This document shows positions 13,136-26,899 of a stretch of 64,000 nt of DNA, piece by piece (position 1 is the first letter of the stretch; each line of letters begins with the position of its first letter). The notes under the pieces are model-generated. The model saw only the letters and a list, made by a program, of their open reading frames with translations, was not told where the DNA came from and did not search any database. The translations under genes and the position numbers were made by a program. The stretch is taken from positions 65,286,001 to 65,350,000 of the forward strand of contig NC_042999.1 of NCBI RefSeq assembly GCF_006345805.1, read 5' to 3'. This DNA is from Octopus sinensis. Its lineage: Eukaryota.

Positions 13136-13745
13136 ATATATATGCATTTTTATTTGATCTCTCTATTTTTTTTCATTCACTAGACTGCAACATTACTGCG
13201 GCGCATTCTTGGAGATTTTTAGCCTAAGCCCATACAAATGATAGATTTTAAAATTGTACGTGTAAAATGTGGCAATATTATGCACTTCCCTGAATTTGTT
13301 TAATTATAATTGCAATAAAATTGGGTATGTTTAATGAATGTTCACGTAAGCTGCAGCAATAAAATCGTGTGGGAGAAGGCGAATTATCTGAAACCTATCC
13401 TCTAAATAATATTCCTTTCTAGATTTTATAAAAATTGTATATATCTGAGAAGGCATAATTCTGGGAAGTTTCCTTTAAAATAGGCATTTTAAAGACGTGT
13501 AACAAAACATGTTTGCAAGGGTTTTGAATGTTCCGAAAATCTCGCAAAATACTTTTTTGCAATATCATCAACACATTTTAAGTCTGCACGTTTCTCTGCC
13601 AAATTATTTTTATCAGAAATTTATGTGGACGTGTAACCGACGGGGGCGCAGAGATACCGAATTGCAGGTAAAGCTATACATGTATAATATAAGGCAACTC
13701 AAAGAAATATGTATGTATGTGTATACGCACACACACACACACACT

Positions 13746-13783
<38 letters not shown>

Positions 13784-14534
13784 ATAGGTTTATGACCTTC
13801 TCACAACCTAATAGCCCTATACTGTAATTTGACGACTAATTTCGTGAAAATTAGGTAAATAACATTTATTGTGCTTTATTTGAAAATAACGTAACCCCCA
13901 AAGTTCGATCACCACTTTTGATCGAAATCATTCAAAAGTCTAGTGGGGTTCATAACGGTAAAATTCTGTAGTTATTATCAGTTTTGTCTTCATTTTCCGT
14001 TTCGAGGGTGTGCTGAATAGTTCTTGGCTGTGGATAATAGAAAATAAAGTAGGATAATTTAATTATGGTTTCACTTAACATATTCCTCTCTCAGATTCAT
14101 CCAGTTATTGCAGCGGTTCTTCAGTTTTTCTAAGACCCGAAAAAGAACTCGAAATTTGGGTCTGCAACAGTGCCTTTCACGATAACATTAAAGCCAGGAA
14201 ATTTTAAGCACCTCTTGTAGATCTTCGAAACTATATATGTAGCTTCAATGAATGAGAATGTGACCTCGTTTAAACGACTACTTCAATAATTAGAACCGTT
14301 TCAATTAAGAGATCCTCTTTTATAATTAAACGTGTTTTAATTTTATCTCTATATTCTGTTTGTTTCAGTCACTAGACTGCAGCCATTGTGTCGCCATCTT
14401 GAAGGATTTTAGTCGAACGTTTTCACCTCAGTACTAATTCATTTTAAAGTACTTATGCTGTCGGTTTACTGAAACGCTAATGCACGGGAAAGTAAACTAA
14501 CCAATACAATTTGTCAAACGGTAGGAGAGAACAA

Positions 14535-14770
14535 GGTGGTGAGCTGGCAGAAACGTTTACACGCCGGGCGAAATGCTTAGCGGTATTTCGTCTGCATTAC
14601 GTTGTGAGTTCAAATTCCGCCGAGGTCGACTTTGCCTTTCATCCTTTCGGGGTCGATAAATTAAGTACCAGTTACGCACTGGGCTCGATGTAATCGACTT
14701 AATACCTATGTCTGTCCTTGTTTGTCTCCTCTGTGTTTAGCCCCTTGTGGGTAATAAAGAAATAGGTAAG
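14535..14770 (+). mobile_element. Near full-length SINE family A
   Basis: A-box TGGCAGAAACG, B-box GAGTTCAAATTCC, central GTCGACTTTGCCTTTCATCCTTTCGGGGTCGATAAATTAAGTACCAG, tail GTGGGTAATAAAGAAATAGGT. Confidence 0.85.
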
Positions 14771-14819
14771 AGAGAACAAACACAGACTAACAGATACAGA
14801 CAGACACACTGACACACTG

Positions 14820-14851
<32 letters not shown>

Positions 14852-16189
14852 ACAATATATAAAAATACTCCTATATACATGAAGGTCTTTCACACATTTT
14901 TCACGTACCGAATTCACTCACAATGTACTGGTCGGTCCGGAACTATGATAAAAACTCTTGCCCTACGTGTCGAATAGCGGGACTAAACCCGAAACCGCAT
15001 GGTTCTGAGGCGAGGTTCTGACGAAACACCAGCAGAATTTGAGGTTTTTTTCCACTAGGATTAAATCATACGTACGTTGCAGTATAAAATGTTGCGCAAA
15101 GATAATCATTACTCTATGAAGTGATTGCATGTCTAAAGCTCTAAAAGGCAATCATCTAATATTCATTGAAGGAAGTGGAAATCCTTTGACGTGCTGCTTT
15201 ATCATCCTGTTTGTTTGCTTTAAATGAGATTAGTTTCTTATATCAATCCATTGCAAGTTGCTTTGTCCGTTTCGTGAAGAATAGTGTACAATTCTTCTAG
15301 TCTTATGAATATTTGACGTCATTTCAAATACCCAAATTTCCGTTCTGTGTCATGGCCTATAAAATCAGAGCTCAAAGCAAATAGCAAGGTTAAATTAAGG
15401 AAGAAATTGTATAAATGCTTCAGAAATTGCACTTTTGCAAGCAATATGAGGAAGCTTAACGTAAACCCAACAAAGTTCGGAAAATACAAATGTTACCCAC
15501 TTTCGTTTTCGGTTTCAGGTCCTAAAATATAAAGTATGATTTATATCGAACGATTTTGTTTTTAGATATGTTATAAAGTGGTGTCACATAATTTTAAAAC
15601 GATATTTCAAACTTGCAGGTGTGCACACGCATAGGCACACATGCATACAACATTCTCTCAATACACAACACACACACATACACATACACATACTCGGATA
15701 CATACACACACACACACAACTCCGAGGAAGCTGTAACATGTTGTACAAGCACTCAGCTCTGACTGTACAACTTTTTATAGTATAAAGTCACAAGCTAATG
15801 AAGCTGACTATGTAATTCCTATGCTTGTCATTAATTCGTTAATATTAATTTCAAACACAACGGTTGCATGATGTGACAGGGTGGTACACTAACACTGACG
15901 GTGGAGCACGTGTGGCTTTTCAGACTACTTCGTCTGCTTTGGTCTGTATCTGACACCAGGCGCTCGCTTGTGACTCCTGAAACATCTTTGCATGCATCTG
16001 CTGCTACATCCCGGCCAATGGTTACTGCAGGCCGGCTAAAATATGGTGAGGGTAGCAGATGGGTTTCAATCCCCCGCCGAGCAAGAGCATGTCTACTTAT
16101 GCATAAGAAGACCAACCCAACAGACTGTGCGGAGGAAACCAGCAGATTGGATCAACGAGCAGGAGCAGGGATCATCGTGCGCTGTTAGT

Positions 16190-18280
16190 CGTGAACAGAG
16201 CGGTACAGTTCCGGATTGGACGGTAGAGGGAAGAACAACATGGTTAATGAGAGATCGTTCAAAGTGTAATGAAGTTGGCACCTACCGACCAATTTCTTGT
16301 TTAACCTCCTATGGAAAGTATTAACAGATACCCTCACAAGGAAAATATATACTTTCATTGCGGAAAACAATTTTTTTCTGGTAGAACAAAAGGGATGCCG
16401 AAAAGGATCCAAGGGCACCAAGGACGACCTTGTGATAGACAATGTTATAATGAAGAACTCTAAACGATGCTAAAACCAATTATACATGGCGTGGATAGAC
16501 TTCAAAAACGCTTACGACATGTTGCCGCATTCGTTAATATTAGAAACACTCGATATGTGTGGAATAGCTGAGAACGTGTATGTACTGACTAAAAACAGCA
16601 TGCCTAGTCGGAAAACGCGTCTTTCCTGTAACAACTAGCAGTTAGCCAAGGTAACAATCAAAAGAGGTATCTTCCGAGGAGATTCTTGTTCACCTTGTTC
16701 TTTGTTATAGCCTTGATCCCACTCTCTGTAGTCCTACGCAAAATCAACGTGCACTATGAGCTGAGAAAGAACGGACTTCGTTTCAACCACCATCTCTTCG
16801 TGAATGATTTAAAACTCTTCGCAAAAGCAGAGCATCAAATAGAGAGGCAGGTTGCGACTGTGCAAATGTGAAGCAAGGATATACGGATGTAATTCGGTAT
16901 CTCGAAGTGTGCGTTGCTTACTTTCAAACTGGGAAAAAGAGTAAATTGTAGGGGCATAGAATGATCAAACGGAGAGGGAATGGGATCCTGGAGCTGGACC
17001 ATATCTGGAACAGAGAAATGAAAGACAAGGTCATCACTGTATAGTTCGAGTGCCTCAAATTTCTCTCGAAATCAAAGCGCAAGTCAAAGAACTTTGTGAC
17101 TGCCATCAATATATGGGCGGTTGTTGTTCGCTATAGCGCAGGCACAAGCGGAGATTGACCAACTCGATCGCACTACCCGAAAGACAACGACAATGCATCA
17201 TGCCCTCCACACTAAGGCAGATGTACACAGTCTTTACAAGAAGAGAGTTAATAATGAACGTGGGCTGATTAGCGTACTCGAGTGTATCAACAGTGAAAGA
17301 AGAAACATGGCAGAATATTTGGTAAACAGCAAAGAAGACCTGCTACAGTATACTGCTAGTGCAGAAGGTGTTAACAAAATTGGACATGAATTCCGAACAA
17401 GAACAGCCAACTAGAGAGAGAAGAAACCCTATTCCGTATGGAATTACATAGTCAGTTCCACCGTGAAACCAACAAATTAAAAGACCAGGATGCATTATAG
17501 AGGTGGCTTAACAAAGGTGACTTAAAAAAGAATACCGAAAGCCTAATCTTCGCGGACCAGGACCAGGCATTGAATACCAACTCAGTGAAAAAGAATATGT
17601 ACCACACAAGTGCATCGGACCTCTGCAGAATGTGTGGGATTGTGACTCACATTTTTCGTGCTTGTGAAAGTCTTGAACAGAAAGAGTACAAGCGTAGACA
17701 CGACAAAATAACCCAAAACCTCCCCTGGCTACTATGCCATAGGTATGGATATGAGGTTACGGGTATTTCGTACCAAAATACAACGGAAAAGGCAATGGAC
17801 GAAAAGGGGAAGGAAAAATCCACTGGGACTTTTATTTCTAGACAGACAGTGTTAGAGCACTGAAGGTCGGATATAGTAACCCTTAGAAGGGACAAACAAG
17901 AGTGCTTAATAATCGAGGTAGTAGAGCCAGGAGATCAACACATCATCAGGAAAAAAAGAGAAAAACTTGATTAATATGGAGACCTGAGAACTGTGATCGC
18001 TTAGATGCAGCAGCTAAGAGAATCGAGCATAAAGGTTATCCCTATTGTCATCGAAGCATTGAGTTCACTACCACCCAATCTGGAAAACATCTGAAAGCCT
18101 TAGGGATACCCAACAATCTAGATATATTGTATGAGGGAGCATTACTTGGAACTGCACGTATATTGTATAAAATACTCCATGTCTGAGGTCCTTGTTGTGA
18201 CTTGACAAACAGTACAAAGCCCTCGGTAGACACAATATCTTCAATCAACAACCTCACGATATTGTATACTGTGCGAAAAT
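16190..18280 (+). mobile_element. R4/Dong-clade non-LTR retrotransposon (RT + CCHC + REL endonuclease), 5'-truncated pseudogene
   Basis: Translation across frameshifts gives YRPISCL, EQKGCRKGSKGTKD, AWIDFKNAYD, SPLFFVIALIPL, HHLFVNDLKLF, CRMCG..THI..AC (17624) and RSDI...IIEVVEPGD; ends in (AAT)n at 18281-18368. Confidence 0.9.
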
Positions 18281-18293
18281 CTATAATAATGAA

Positions 18294-18369
<76 letters not shown>

Positions 18370-18864
18370 TTGAGAAGAGCATTGTCGATGTGAGAACTAC
18401 TGCTGCTCATGTATTTTAATTTAACTTAAAAAAAAAAAAAATGAACGAACTATTGAGTTTGGTTTAATGGCCTACCAATGTATACTATGAGTTTCTTTGC
18501 CCTAGGAGTCGGGAAGACACTCGGCAAGAAATGGAAGCAAATTTGAAAGAAGAAAAAAAAAGTAATAATAATAATATTAATAATAATAATAATAATAAGA
18601 AGAAGAATAGCAAAAAGAAGACGAGTGTCATTGTTATCAAGTGAATGATATTTCGGCATCTATTGTGCCTTCCACAGGTTCAAAAAAATAAACTAGTCAA
18701 TCTACTTCATTTTTGGTAAAATTTTATAGGATTGAGTTAACTCCTCCAGTAGGTATACATAAGTGAAAAAAAGAAGAGTAGCATTTCACTTGATAACAAT
18801 GGCATTCTTTTTTTTTTGCTTCTGTATACCTACTGAAGGAGTTACCTCAGTCCTATATAATAAT

Positions 18865-18925
<61 letters not shown>

Positions 18926-18943
18926 GTAATAATAATAATAATA

Positions 18944-19357
18944 AGTTGTTTGACCTAAACCAGTTGAGCATGCCCCTTAGTGGCTGACGGTATGTGCATC
19001 TCTGATCACGAGTAGAAGTAGTGGGGGAGCATCATAGCCATGTGTTGAGAGGGATTCTTTGGGGTTTGAATAGTTCACCTCTGGAAACATGGGTGGTTCT
19101 TTCAACATCCTTAAACAACCCTTATTCAGGGACCGTTTGAGCGGGATGGGCTACTCAACCTGAAGAAGATTCTAACTGGGCCCCACCTGCAAGGTCATGT
19201 GCAGTTTATCTTGATATGAGATCACCATGTCGCGCACATATGGTTGTGATGCATGTGCCTGGTGTACCTTTATCAGACGGGTAGTCATGATGGGTATATT
19301 GGGCTTCGTATATTTTACCCCAGTGTCACTTTGATGGCATGAACTGCTCTCTCACTC
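18944..19357 (+). mobile_element. (AAT)n-tailed non-coding retroposed repeat, copy 1
   Basis: Near-identical to 19590-20004; ends CTGCTCTCTCACTC then (AAT)n; preceded by (AAT)n. Confidence 0.8.
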
Positions 19358-19409
<52 letters not shown>

Positions 19410-19430
19410 TAATAATAATAATAATAGTAA

Positions 19431-20004
19431 TGCCCTGATGCAGTATAAATGCTCTGATGCGATATCAGGCAGTGGCCCTCATGGCTTCTGATCTTAACTG
19501 ATTGGAAGTGTCATCTTGTACATTGATTTGTCTTGGTATAAAAGATGGGCTACAGCAAATATTCTGCTCAATACCACAGATTTGCTTGTCAGTTGTTTGA
19601 CCATAACCAGTTGAGCACGTCCCTCAGTGGCTGACGATATGTGCATCTCTGATCAAGAGCAGAAGTAGTGGGGAAGCATCATAGCCATGTGTTGAGAGGG
19701 ATTCTTTGGGGGTTGAATAATTCACCTTTGAAAACATGGGTGTTTCGTTCAACAGCCTTAAGCAACCTTTATTCATGGACCTTTTGGGCGGGATGGGCTA
19801 CGCGATCAGAAGAAAATTCTCACTGGGCCCCACCTGCAAGGTCATGTGCTGTTTATCTTGATATGAGATCACCATGTCGCGCACATATGGTTGTGATGCA
19901 TGTGCCTGGTGTACCCTTATCAGACGGGTAGTCATGATGGGTATACTGGGCTTCGTATATTTTACTCCAGTGTCACTTTGATGGCATGCACTGCTCTCTC
20001 GCTC
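19431..20004 (+). mobile_element. (AAT)n-tailed non-coding retroposed repeat, copy 2 (longer 5' end)
   Basis: Same 3' end as copy 1 with about 160 extra 5' bases; flanked by (AAT)n on both sides. Confidence 0.8.
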
Positions 20005-20010
20005 AATAAC

Positions 20011-20089
<79 letters not shown>

Positions 20090-20519
20090 TACCGGGGATC
20101 TTTAACAATAATAGATCGGGGACGTTTAACGAATAATACACCGGGGACGTTTAACATGTGAGAGCGATAAAAGATGGCTCCGAACTTTATCCAAAAACAT
20201 CGGAAATAAAGACATCGCATGGAATGAAATATAGCTGACAAAGGGTTGGACTATATCCGAGTAAGTAAAACTCATTGAAATTTATTTCTATTTCCCAAAT
20301 GAAATGATGTATTTTAACTGTATATCATCTCCACTGCTTGAACAGCACATGGAAACACGCTTGATGCTTTACGATCCATCTCCGGCCCCAAACACCATGT
20401 ACAAAAAAATACAATTAAATCAAATAATAACGGTATTATTCAACCCAAGAATAACAATTGTGAAGGGCTTACTTTACAATTGTTACACAAAAACTACGAA
20501 AAATTACATCCCTTTCTTG

Positions 20520-21568
20520 TTTTTCTAACATGCACCATAAATATTCAATAATAATGAAATCTGGGGACTGTGGTGGCTAGATAAGACGTTCAACGTCACT
20601 AGAATGTTCTCCGTGCCATTCAGTAACATCTTTAGCTATGTGAATTGGTGCATTATCATCCTGAAAGATTGCGTTTCCTCCCGGAAACAATTCAACAACC
20701 ATAGGATGAATTTGATCAGATAAATGCTTAAAAAGTCTTGATATTAATTCTACCATGAAAGGAAACCATTGGGTAGGCGGATTTTCAAGTTATAGACCCC
20801 ACCAGATCCTCACAGTTCCTCCTCCATGTTTAGCAGTTCGAAGAATGTAGTCTGGGTCATTCTTCTTTTGGCTGTCTCCAAACGTATACTCGGCCGGTGG
20901 TCGTAAATAAGGTTAAGGATGACTCGTCCGAAAATATAACATTCTTCCAGTGCTCCAGGGACCAATTCTGTAGGTTCTTACTCCACTCTAAACGTTTTGC
21001 AACGTTTGTTTTCGTAAGTAGTGGTTTTCTGATTGCAGCCCTCCCGTGAAATCTGGCTTTGTGCAGCTCCCGGCGAACAATTTTTTGTGGAAACTGTGTT
21101 TTCGAGTTGGTCATTAAACTCTGCAGTAATTTTGAGAGCTGTACTTCTATGATCCTTTCTAACAATTCGCGTAAGAGTCTGACCGTCTCTATCTACATGT
21201 TTTAGGTTTCTTCTGGAGTTTTGCTTCGACGAGGAGGCTTAATCCTCTTTCTCAAAGGCTGTCATAACTTTCCAGACAATACTTCTTGATTCCCCAAATA
21301 TTTCGGCTGTTTTCGTTACGCTAGCGCCTGCCATACCAACACTAACTATTTGACCTATTTGTAAGTCCGTTAGATCAGTCATTTAATGAATTTTTATTAC
21401 CTTTTTCTGATGATAACTGAAAAGGGACAGCAATTTTAGCAAAACATTAAGCAACACTAATAATAACTAAAAACATATAAAAATAAGCAAGCGTTTGACG
21501 TTTTTATAGATATTTCAAAATTATTTTGCAATGATGCTAGTTGTTTCCATTATTCTATCCAACTCCTG
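20520..21568 (-). mobile_element. Tc1-family transposon with DD36E spacing, transposase pseudogene
   Basis: TIR CAGGAGTTGGATAGAATAATGGAAACA next to TA at 21569-21570; ATG at 21382; VIFSDES, KHGGG, FQDDNAPIH...PPQSPDFIIIE; 36 residues between the second catalytic D and E; stops and frameshifts present. Confidence 0.9.
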
Positions 21569-21596
21569 TATATGCATATACATATGTATAAATGTA

Positions 21597-21694
<98 letters not shown>

Positions 21695-21699
21695 CATCC

Positions 21700-21771
<72 letters not shown>

Positions 21772-21800
21772 CTTTCCCTGTCTCTCTCTATCTATCTATC
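21597..21800. repeat. (TGTC)n(TATC)n compound microsatellite
   Basis: Direct reading. Confidence 0.95.
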
Positions 21801-22486
21801 TGGACCGAATTGCCCGAGATGCAGTCAGAGCGAAGAGACCATTCTGCATGCACTCGTGCAGAGTCCAACCATTTGGACGGCTGCTGTCTTGTGTGGGAGT
21901 CCGCCTATCGGCCGTGTTTATCGTGGGAGTTGATCCGCCCCCTTCCCTCAACCAGGAAGGCAAGGCAGTTTTCATCGTACTGGTGGCCATGGTGAAAGAA
22001 TGTGTGCGGTGGACTCGAGGGAAAGGATTAGAGACAAACACCTCTCTGGCCAATCGCTCATCAACTCTTTCAAGAACCACTTGAAAAGGAAGGTGAGAAT
22101 GGAGAGGCAGGTTTTGTCTCGTGAAAGTTTAAAAAAAAGGTGGGTGAATGTAGCAAAGATGGTGCGTGCGAGTGACGAAACCACTTTGAGCATGATCTTG
22201 TAAATCGTAAAAGAGAGAGAAAGAGAGAGCACTTTGTGTTTTTTCCTCCCTGCCTGAGGTTACCGTGGTCTTTTCTTTAGGCTTTTCTTTCCACGGATGA
22301 ACCTAATCCTGTTTTGTTACTTTGAAAAATTTTTTTTTCTCTCTGTGATACACGATCCCTTTTGATCGAAATTTTACATTTGTTTCCTTTTTTTTTCTTC
22401 TTTTCCCTTTTCCATCTCCGAAAAGAAAAACTCTACATTTGTAATTGCCCCTTCTGTGTCCAGCCTGTGTGGCCAATAAAGAAAGT
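21801..22486 (+). mobile_element. Tx1/L1-clade retrotransposon 3' end (ORF2 C-terminal zinc-binding region plus 3' UTR)
   Basis: GPNCPRCSQSEETILHAL...KECVRWTRGKG...RWVNVAKMV...LSMIL* (stop 22201-22203), pyrimidine-rich UTR ending AATAAAGAAAGT, then TATC repeats. Confidence 0.8.
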
Positions 22487-22533
22487 TATCTATCTATCTT
22501 TCTATCTTTTTGACTATATTTATATATATATAT

Positions 22534-22573
<40 letters not shown>

Positions 22574-22713
22574 GATATACCGGAGTAAACACATAAATGT
22601 GAAACAAGGTGGAAAAAAGAGTACTCAAATACCAGTGGTAGAGTAATATGCTTTATTTTAAGCAGCAGAAAATTCAACAGATTTTGTTGAATTTTTCTGC
22701 TACTTAAAATAAA

Positions 22714-22752
<39 letters not shown>

Positions 22753-24313
22753 GCATGTATGTGTGTACTATATACTTTCATTCGTAGATATGTACGCGTC
22801 CCCTCTATATATTCCATGTGTTTTTATCTTCCTGAATCGCTTTCATTCTTTGGTATGGTTTTTCTTATTTTGGTTTACCGTAATCGCCATCTTCCTTGCC
22901 CTCCTCATCCCTTAAACTTCTGTTGACCATTCTCCGTTTCTTTCCCTCTTATTTCTTATTCCTGACGTCCTCTTTCTCTTTCATATATTTTCTTCCATGA
23001 TCTTTTATATTCCTCAGTTGCATCCATCCATCACACAAAACCTATCATTCATCACAACTTCACGCGTTTTATCAGCTGCCTACTCACATTTCCTCTCTCT
23101 ACCTCCATCTTTCTCAGTCGTTTCCTTTCTATTTCGAATCTAAAACATTCATACTCTTTGTTGTAATTTGATTTTTGTTTGCCGCTTCTAAACCAGTTTG
23201 TTTGTTAGTTCCGTTTCTTACGTCTTTATTTTGCCTCACACGAGCCTGGAATATATCACCAAATCTTCAAGAAATAAGTTAATAATCTCAAGGACTGGTT
23301 TAAAATTATACAGCTAACGTTATTCTCATGATAAACGACAGCTATCGTTTATCGTTTCATGGAGGAATAAAATCTAAGGAAATCTGATTGATAACATTCT
23401 ATAACAAAAGCCGAAACTTTGATCATTAAAATTAATCAGATCAGAACATGAACATTTTTCAATGAATGTTTATTATATTGTCTTACCACATTCATTCAGC
23501 AAACCAGTCCATCCTCAATGTAAAAAAAAAAAAAAAAATAGGAGAAAAAAATGATTAATGACTTTTCAATTTTTCTCAACAAAACGTGTCATCGAACATG
23601 ATAGAAAGAATACTCAGCCGGACATTATCGTCGATAATTATATTAATTTATTTTGTGGTATTTTAGTAAAAGAAGATTTTGGGTGTGGTTTTCAAGAGAG
23701 ACAAGGACGAAAAAAGTAATATTAATGTTTTATGTACTGGAATAATGTAAAAGAGTTTTATATCGAAAAAAAAGTCAATAATACCTTGTCACAATCGATG
23801 TACAAACAGTGTAACTTAAGATAATTGTATGTATACATGAATATATAAGTCTTATGTATTTATATATGTCTTCAAATATACACACACACACAAATAAGAA
23901 CACACACACATATACATATTACTCGTCTGTATATGTCTATGTATGTGTGTATTATATACATTCACGTATATCCACATATATACACTCATGCATCCATATA
24001 TTCTCACGTGCGCATCAAACTTGTATGTATGCCCGCGCCTGTGTCTGTATCTGAGCACACATATTTATATATGCAGAGGTCTATAACTATCTACATATTG
24101 TAATATTTCGCAAACACATTCTCGAACAGAATGATAGTACTGTCTATGTATGTATATATGTATGTATGTATGCATGAATATATAATATATATATATATGC
24201 ATGAATATATATATATATATGCATGTAGTATATATATATGTATTATATATATATATATATATGTGTATGATATATATATATATATAGTATATATATATGT
24301 ATGTATAATATAT

Positions 24314-24348
<35 letters not shown>

Positions 24349-24384
24349 TATATATATATACATATGTATATATGTATATATATA

Positions 24385-24415
<31 letters not shown>

Positions 24416-25116
24416 GAGGTGTTTTTATATGCGTATATAAATGAATGTAGTTTTCTGCCCACATATTAATACGTTCGGAAAATGGTTCGAACATACATGT
24501 CTGTGAGTACCTAGCCCGACGTTCTTTTCAAATGATATATAATGTCTATTTGCATATTTTCGAAGTTTCCCCACAATAGTGCTTATATTCTTTTATAAAA
24601 AGAAATTCTGGTGTCTCTAATTTCTATTGAGGTCACAGATATTTCGTTTCAGTTTAAGTTGAATATATTTAATGAGTGCAATATCTCTATAGAAATATAG
24701 AATTGAATTACAATACCTCTTAGAACATAGAATTAATTTAGGAAATATGAATATAATTATATTAAGTACAATAACTACTATTTCAGTATGCTGTTGGATA
24801 AAAAAAAAAAATTAACATTGAATATTTCAATGATTTTTGGCCAGATGTAATACACACACACATACACACACACATATGTAAGTATATTTGTATCTTTGTG
24901 CATATATGTATGAATGTGTGTATAGAAATATGTATCTCTAGTTATATAATTTATTAATATTAAAGATGTATAGGTTTAATGTATTATAAAATCAGATTAT
25001 ATATATTGCACATACATATGTAATATGCACATACATAGGTATATTATAATATATATATATATAATATATATATATATATATACACCAAGAAAAAAGCAAC
25101 AAGAATGGATTAGTTG

Positions 25117-25205
25117 TTCAGTACAATTGTTTCATACGAAGAACAGCTTATTAAAAGCTGCAAATATTGCAGCCAATACAAGTGTCCCGTATTCATCAGC
25201 CAAAA
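25117..25205 (-). ncRNA. Type I hammerhead ribozyme, left palindrome arm
   Basis: Minus strand reads UUUGG-CUGAUGA-AUACG...CGUAU-GAAA-C(AAUU)G-UA-CUGAA. Confidence 0.72.
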
Positions 25206-25452
25206 CACATATGAGTTTTCCAAACATCCCAGGGGGTGAGGCTACACTCATGAAGTATCGAAGAGAGTTCTAAGAAAAGCAAAGTTAGATTGTAAGCAGA
25301 CTTCAAAAGTTCTCTAATGATGCACAGTTTTATAAAAGGTTTTTTAAAAAGTTTGTTAGCTTCACAAAAAAGGTAAATCCTCTTCTGTGAAGCTAACAAG
25401 CTTTTTTAAAAACCTTTTATAAAACTAGGATGTTTGGAAAGCTCATATGTGT

Positions 25453-25541
25453 TTTGGCTGATGAATACGGAACACTTGTATTGGCTGCAATATTTGCAGC
25501 TTTTAATAAAGCTGTTCTTCGTATGAAACAATTGTACTGAA
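25453..25541 (+). ncRNA. Type I hammerhead ribozyme, right palindrome arm
   Basis: CUGAUGA 25458-25464; stem II AUACG/CGUAU extended by GAAC/GUUC; GAAA 25525-25528; palindromic ACAAUUGU; GUA cleavage after 25536; stem I includes two G-U pairs. Confidence 0.72.
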
Positions 25542-25821
25542 CAACTAATCCAGTCTTGTTGCTTTTTTCTTGTTTATAATCACCCCACATTATTTTATGG
25601 TTATATACCATATAGATTTCTGGTGCATCTAAGTTAAGTACCGCATTCATGTGAATTCATTGGAACTCACTTGAATCTTATTGTTTTTACTGAAATTATA
25701 TATATATATATGTATAATAAATATATATATATGTATATATATATGTAATATGTGTATATATATATATACACAACATTATATATATATATATATTATATAT
25801 AATATATATATATATATTATA

Positions 25822-25857
<36 letters not shown>

Positions 25858-25981
25858 TATGTATGTATGTATACATATCTTTTGGAAATTATATATATTT
25901 CATGAACCGTCTGACAGTTCAGATGTTGTCCATAATTGTATTAGCGAGCGTGGGGTCTTTGAAACGAACATCTTTGATATA

Positions 25982-26038
<57 letters not shown>

Positions 26039-26899
26039 TGTGTGTGTGTGGTGTGTTGTGTGCGTGTGTGTGTGTGTGTGTATTCTTCGCTTTGCTTGTC
26101 AATTCTTCTCTCTTGAAAGTTATTTAAAACTATTTTGGTATTTCGTTCAAGAAAGACAAACGCTCTAGGAAGATCTACCATATATACGATCATGATCGCC
26201 AAAATATTATCTTCGTTTTGAAGAATAAAACATATAGTAAACATTTTAAACATTCTTCACTAATGACTGAGATGAAAGACAATCTATCTAAAATATTCTT
26301 CTATTGTATCACTCACTATATTTTTAATACTTTAACAAATAATTATACGTCATACTACATCCGTGTTTCGTTATCAGAGGAAAGTTCATATGGATAAACT
26401 GAAGGTCATACTGTCTTTGAATAATTGCTGTAGTGATTTAAAAAATACTCATACGTATGTAGTTAACTGCCTTACGAATAATAATTTATAAATGTTTTAT
26501 CTATAATACATTGCGTGGAATTTTGTTTCTCTGTTTTTAATCCAGTACTTACGCATAATATACGTATGGCATAATGCACATATATGTGTAATAAGACGGT
26601 CTATGTCATTGACTTTTAGGTTATACCTAAGTTTACATATGTGGAATGCTGTAGATGATTGATAAACAAAAATGATGACAGGCGACAGTTAAATTAAAGA
26701 GTATGCATCAATTAAATGTTGATTCAAAGTATAAATTTTAGAAAATACTACACTCTGCGCGGTCTTCGCCTTACAAAATTACCCTTATTTTCGCCATTAA
26801 ACGATATCTCTAATAATGATAACACTACACTATCGACTTAGCAGGTACTAAAATCCTTAGTATATGACATATGCTTCTTATTTGTTATTATGGCCGAAT

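Larger units (their letters stand above)
25086..25572. repeat. Long palindrome centred near 25376 with a 96-nt asymmetric bulge
   Basis: Outer arms 25086-25229 and 25428-25572, inner arms 25326-25366 and 25386-25426; only a few mismatches. Confidence 0.95.

Noticed and set aside
20090-20160. Three spaced copies of a CCGGGGACGTTTAAC-like motif
   Set aside because: Too short and irregular for a CRISPR array; eukaryotic context; best read as local slippage duplication.
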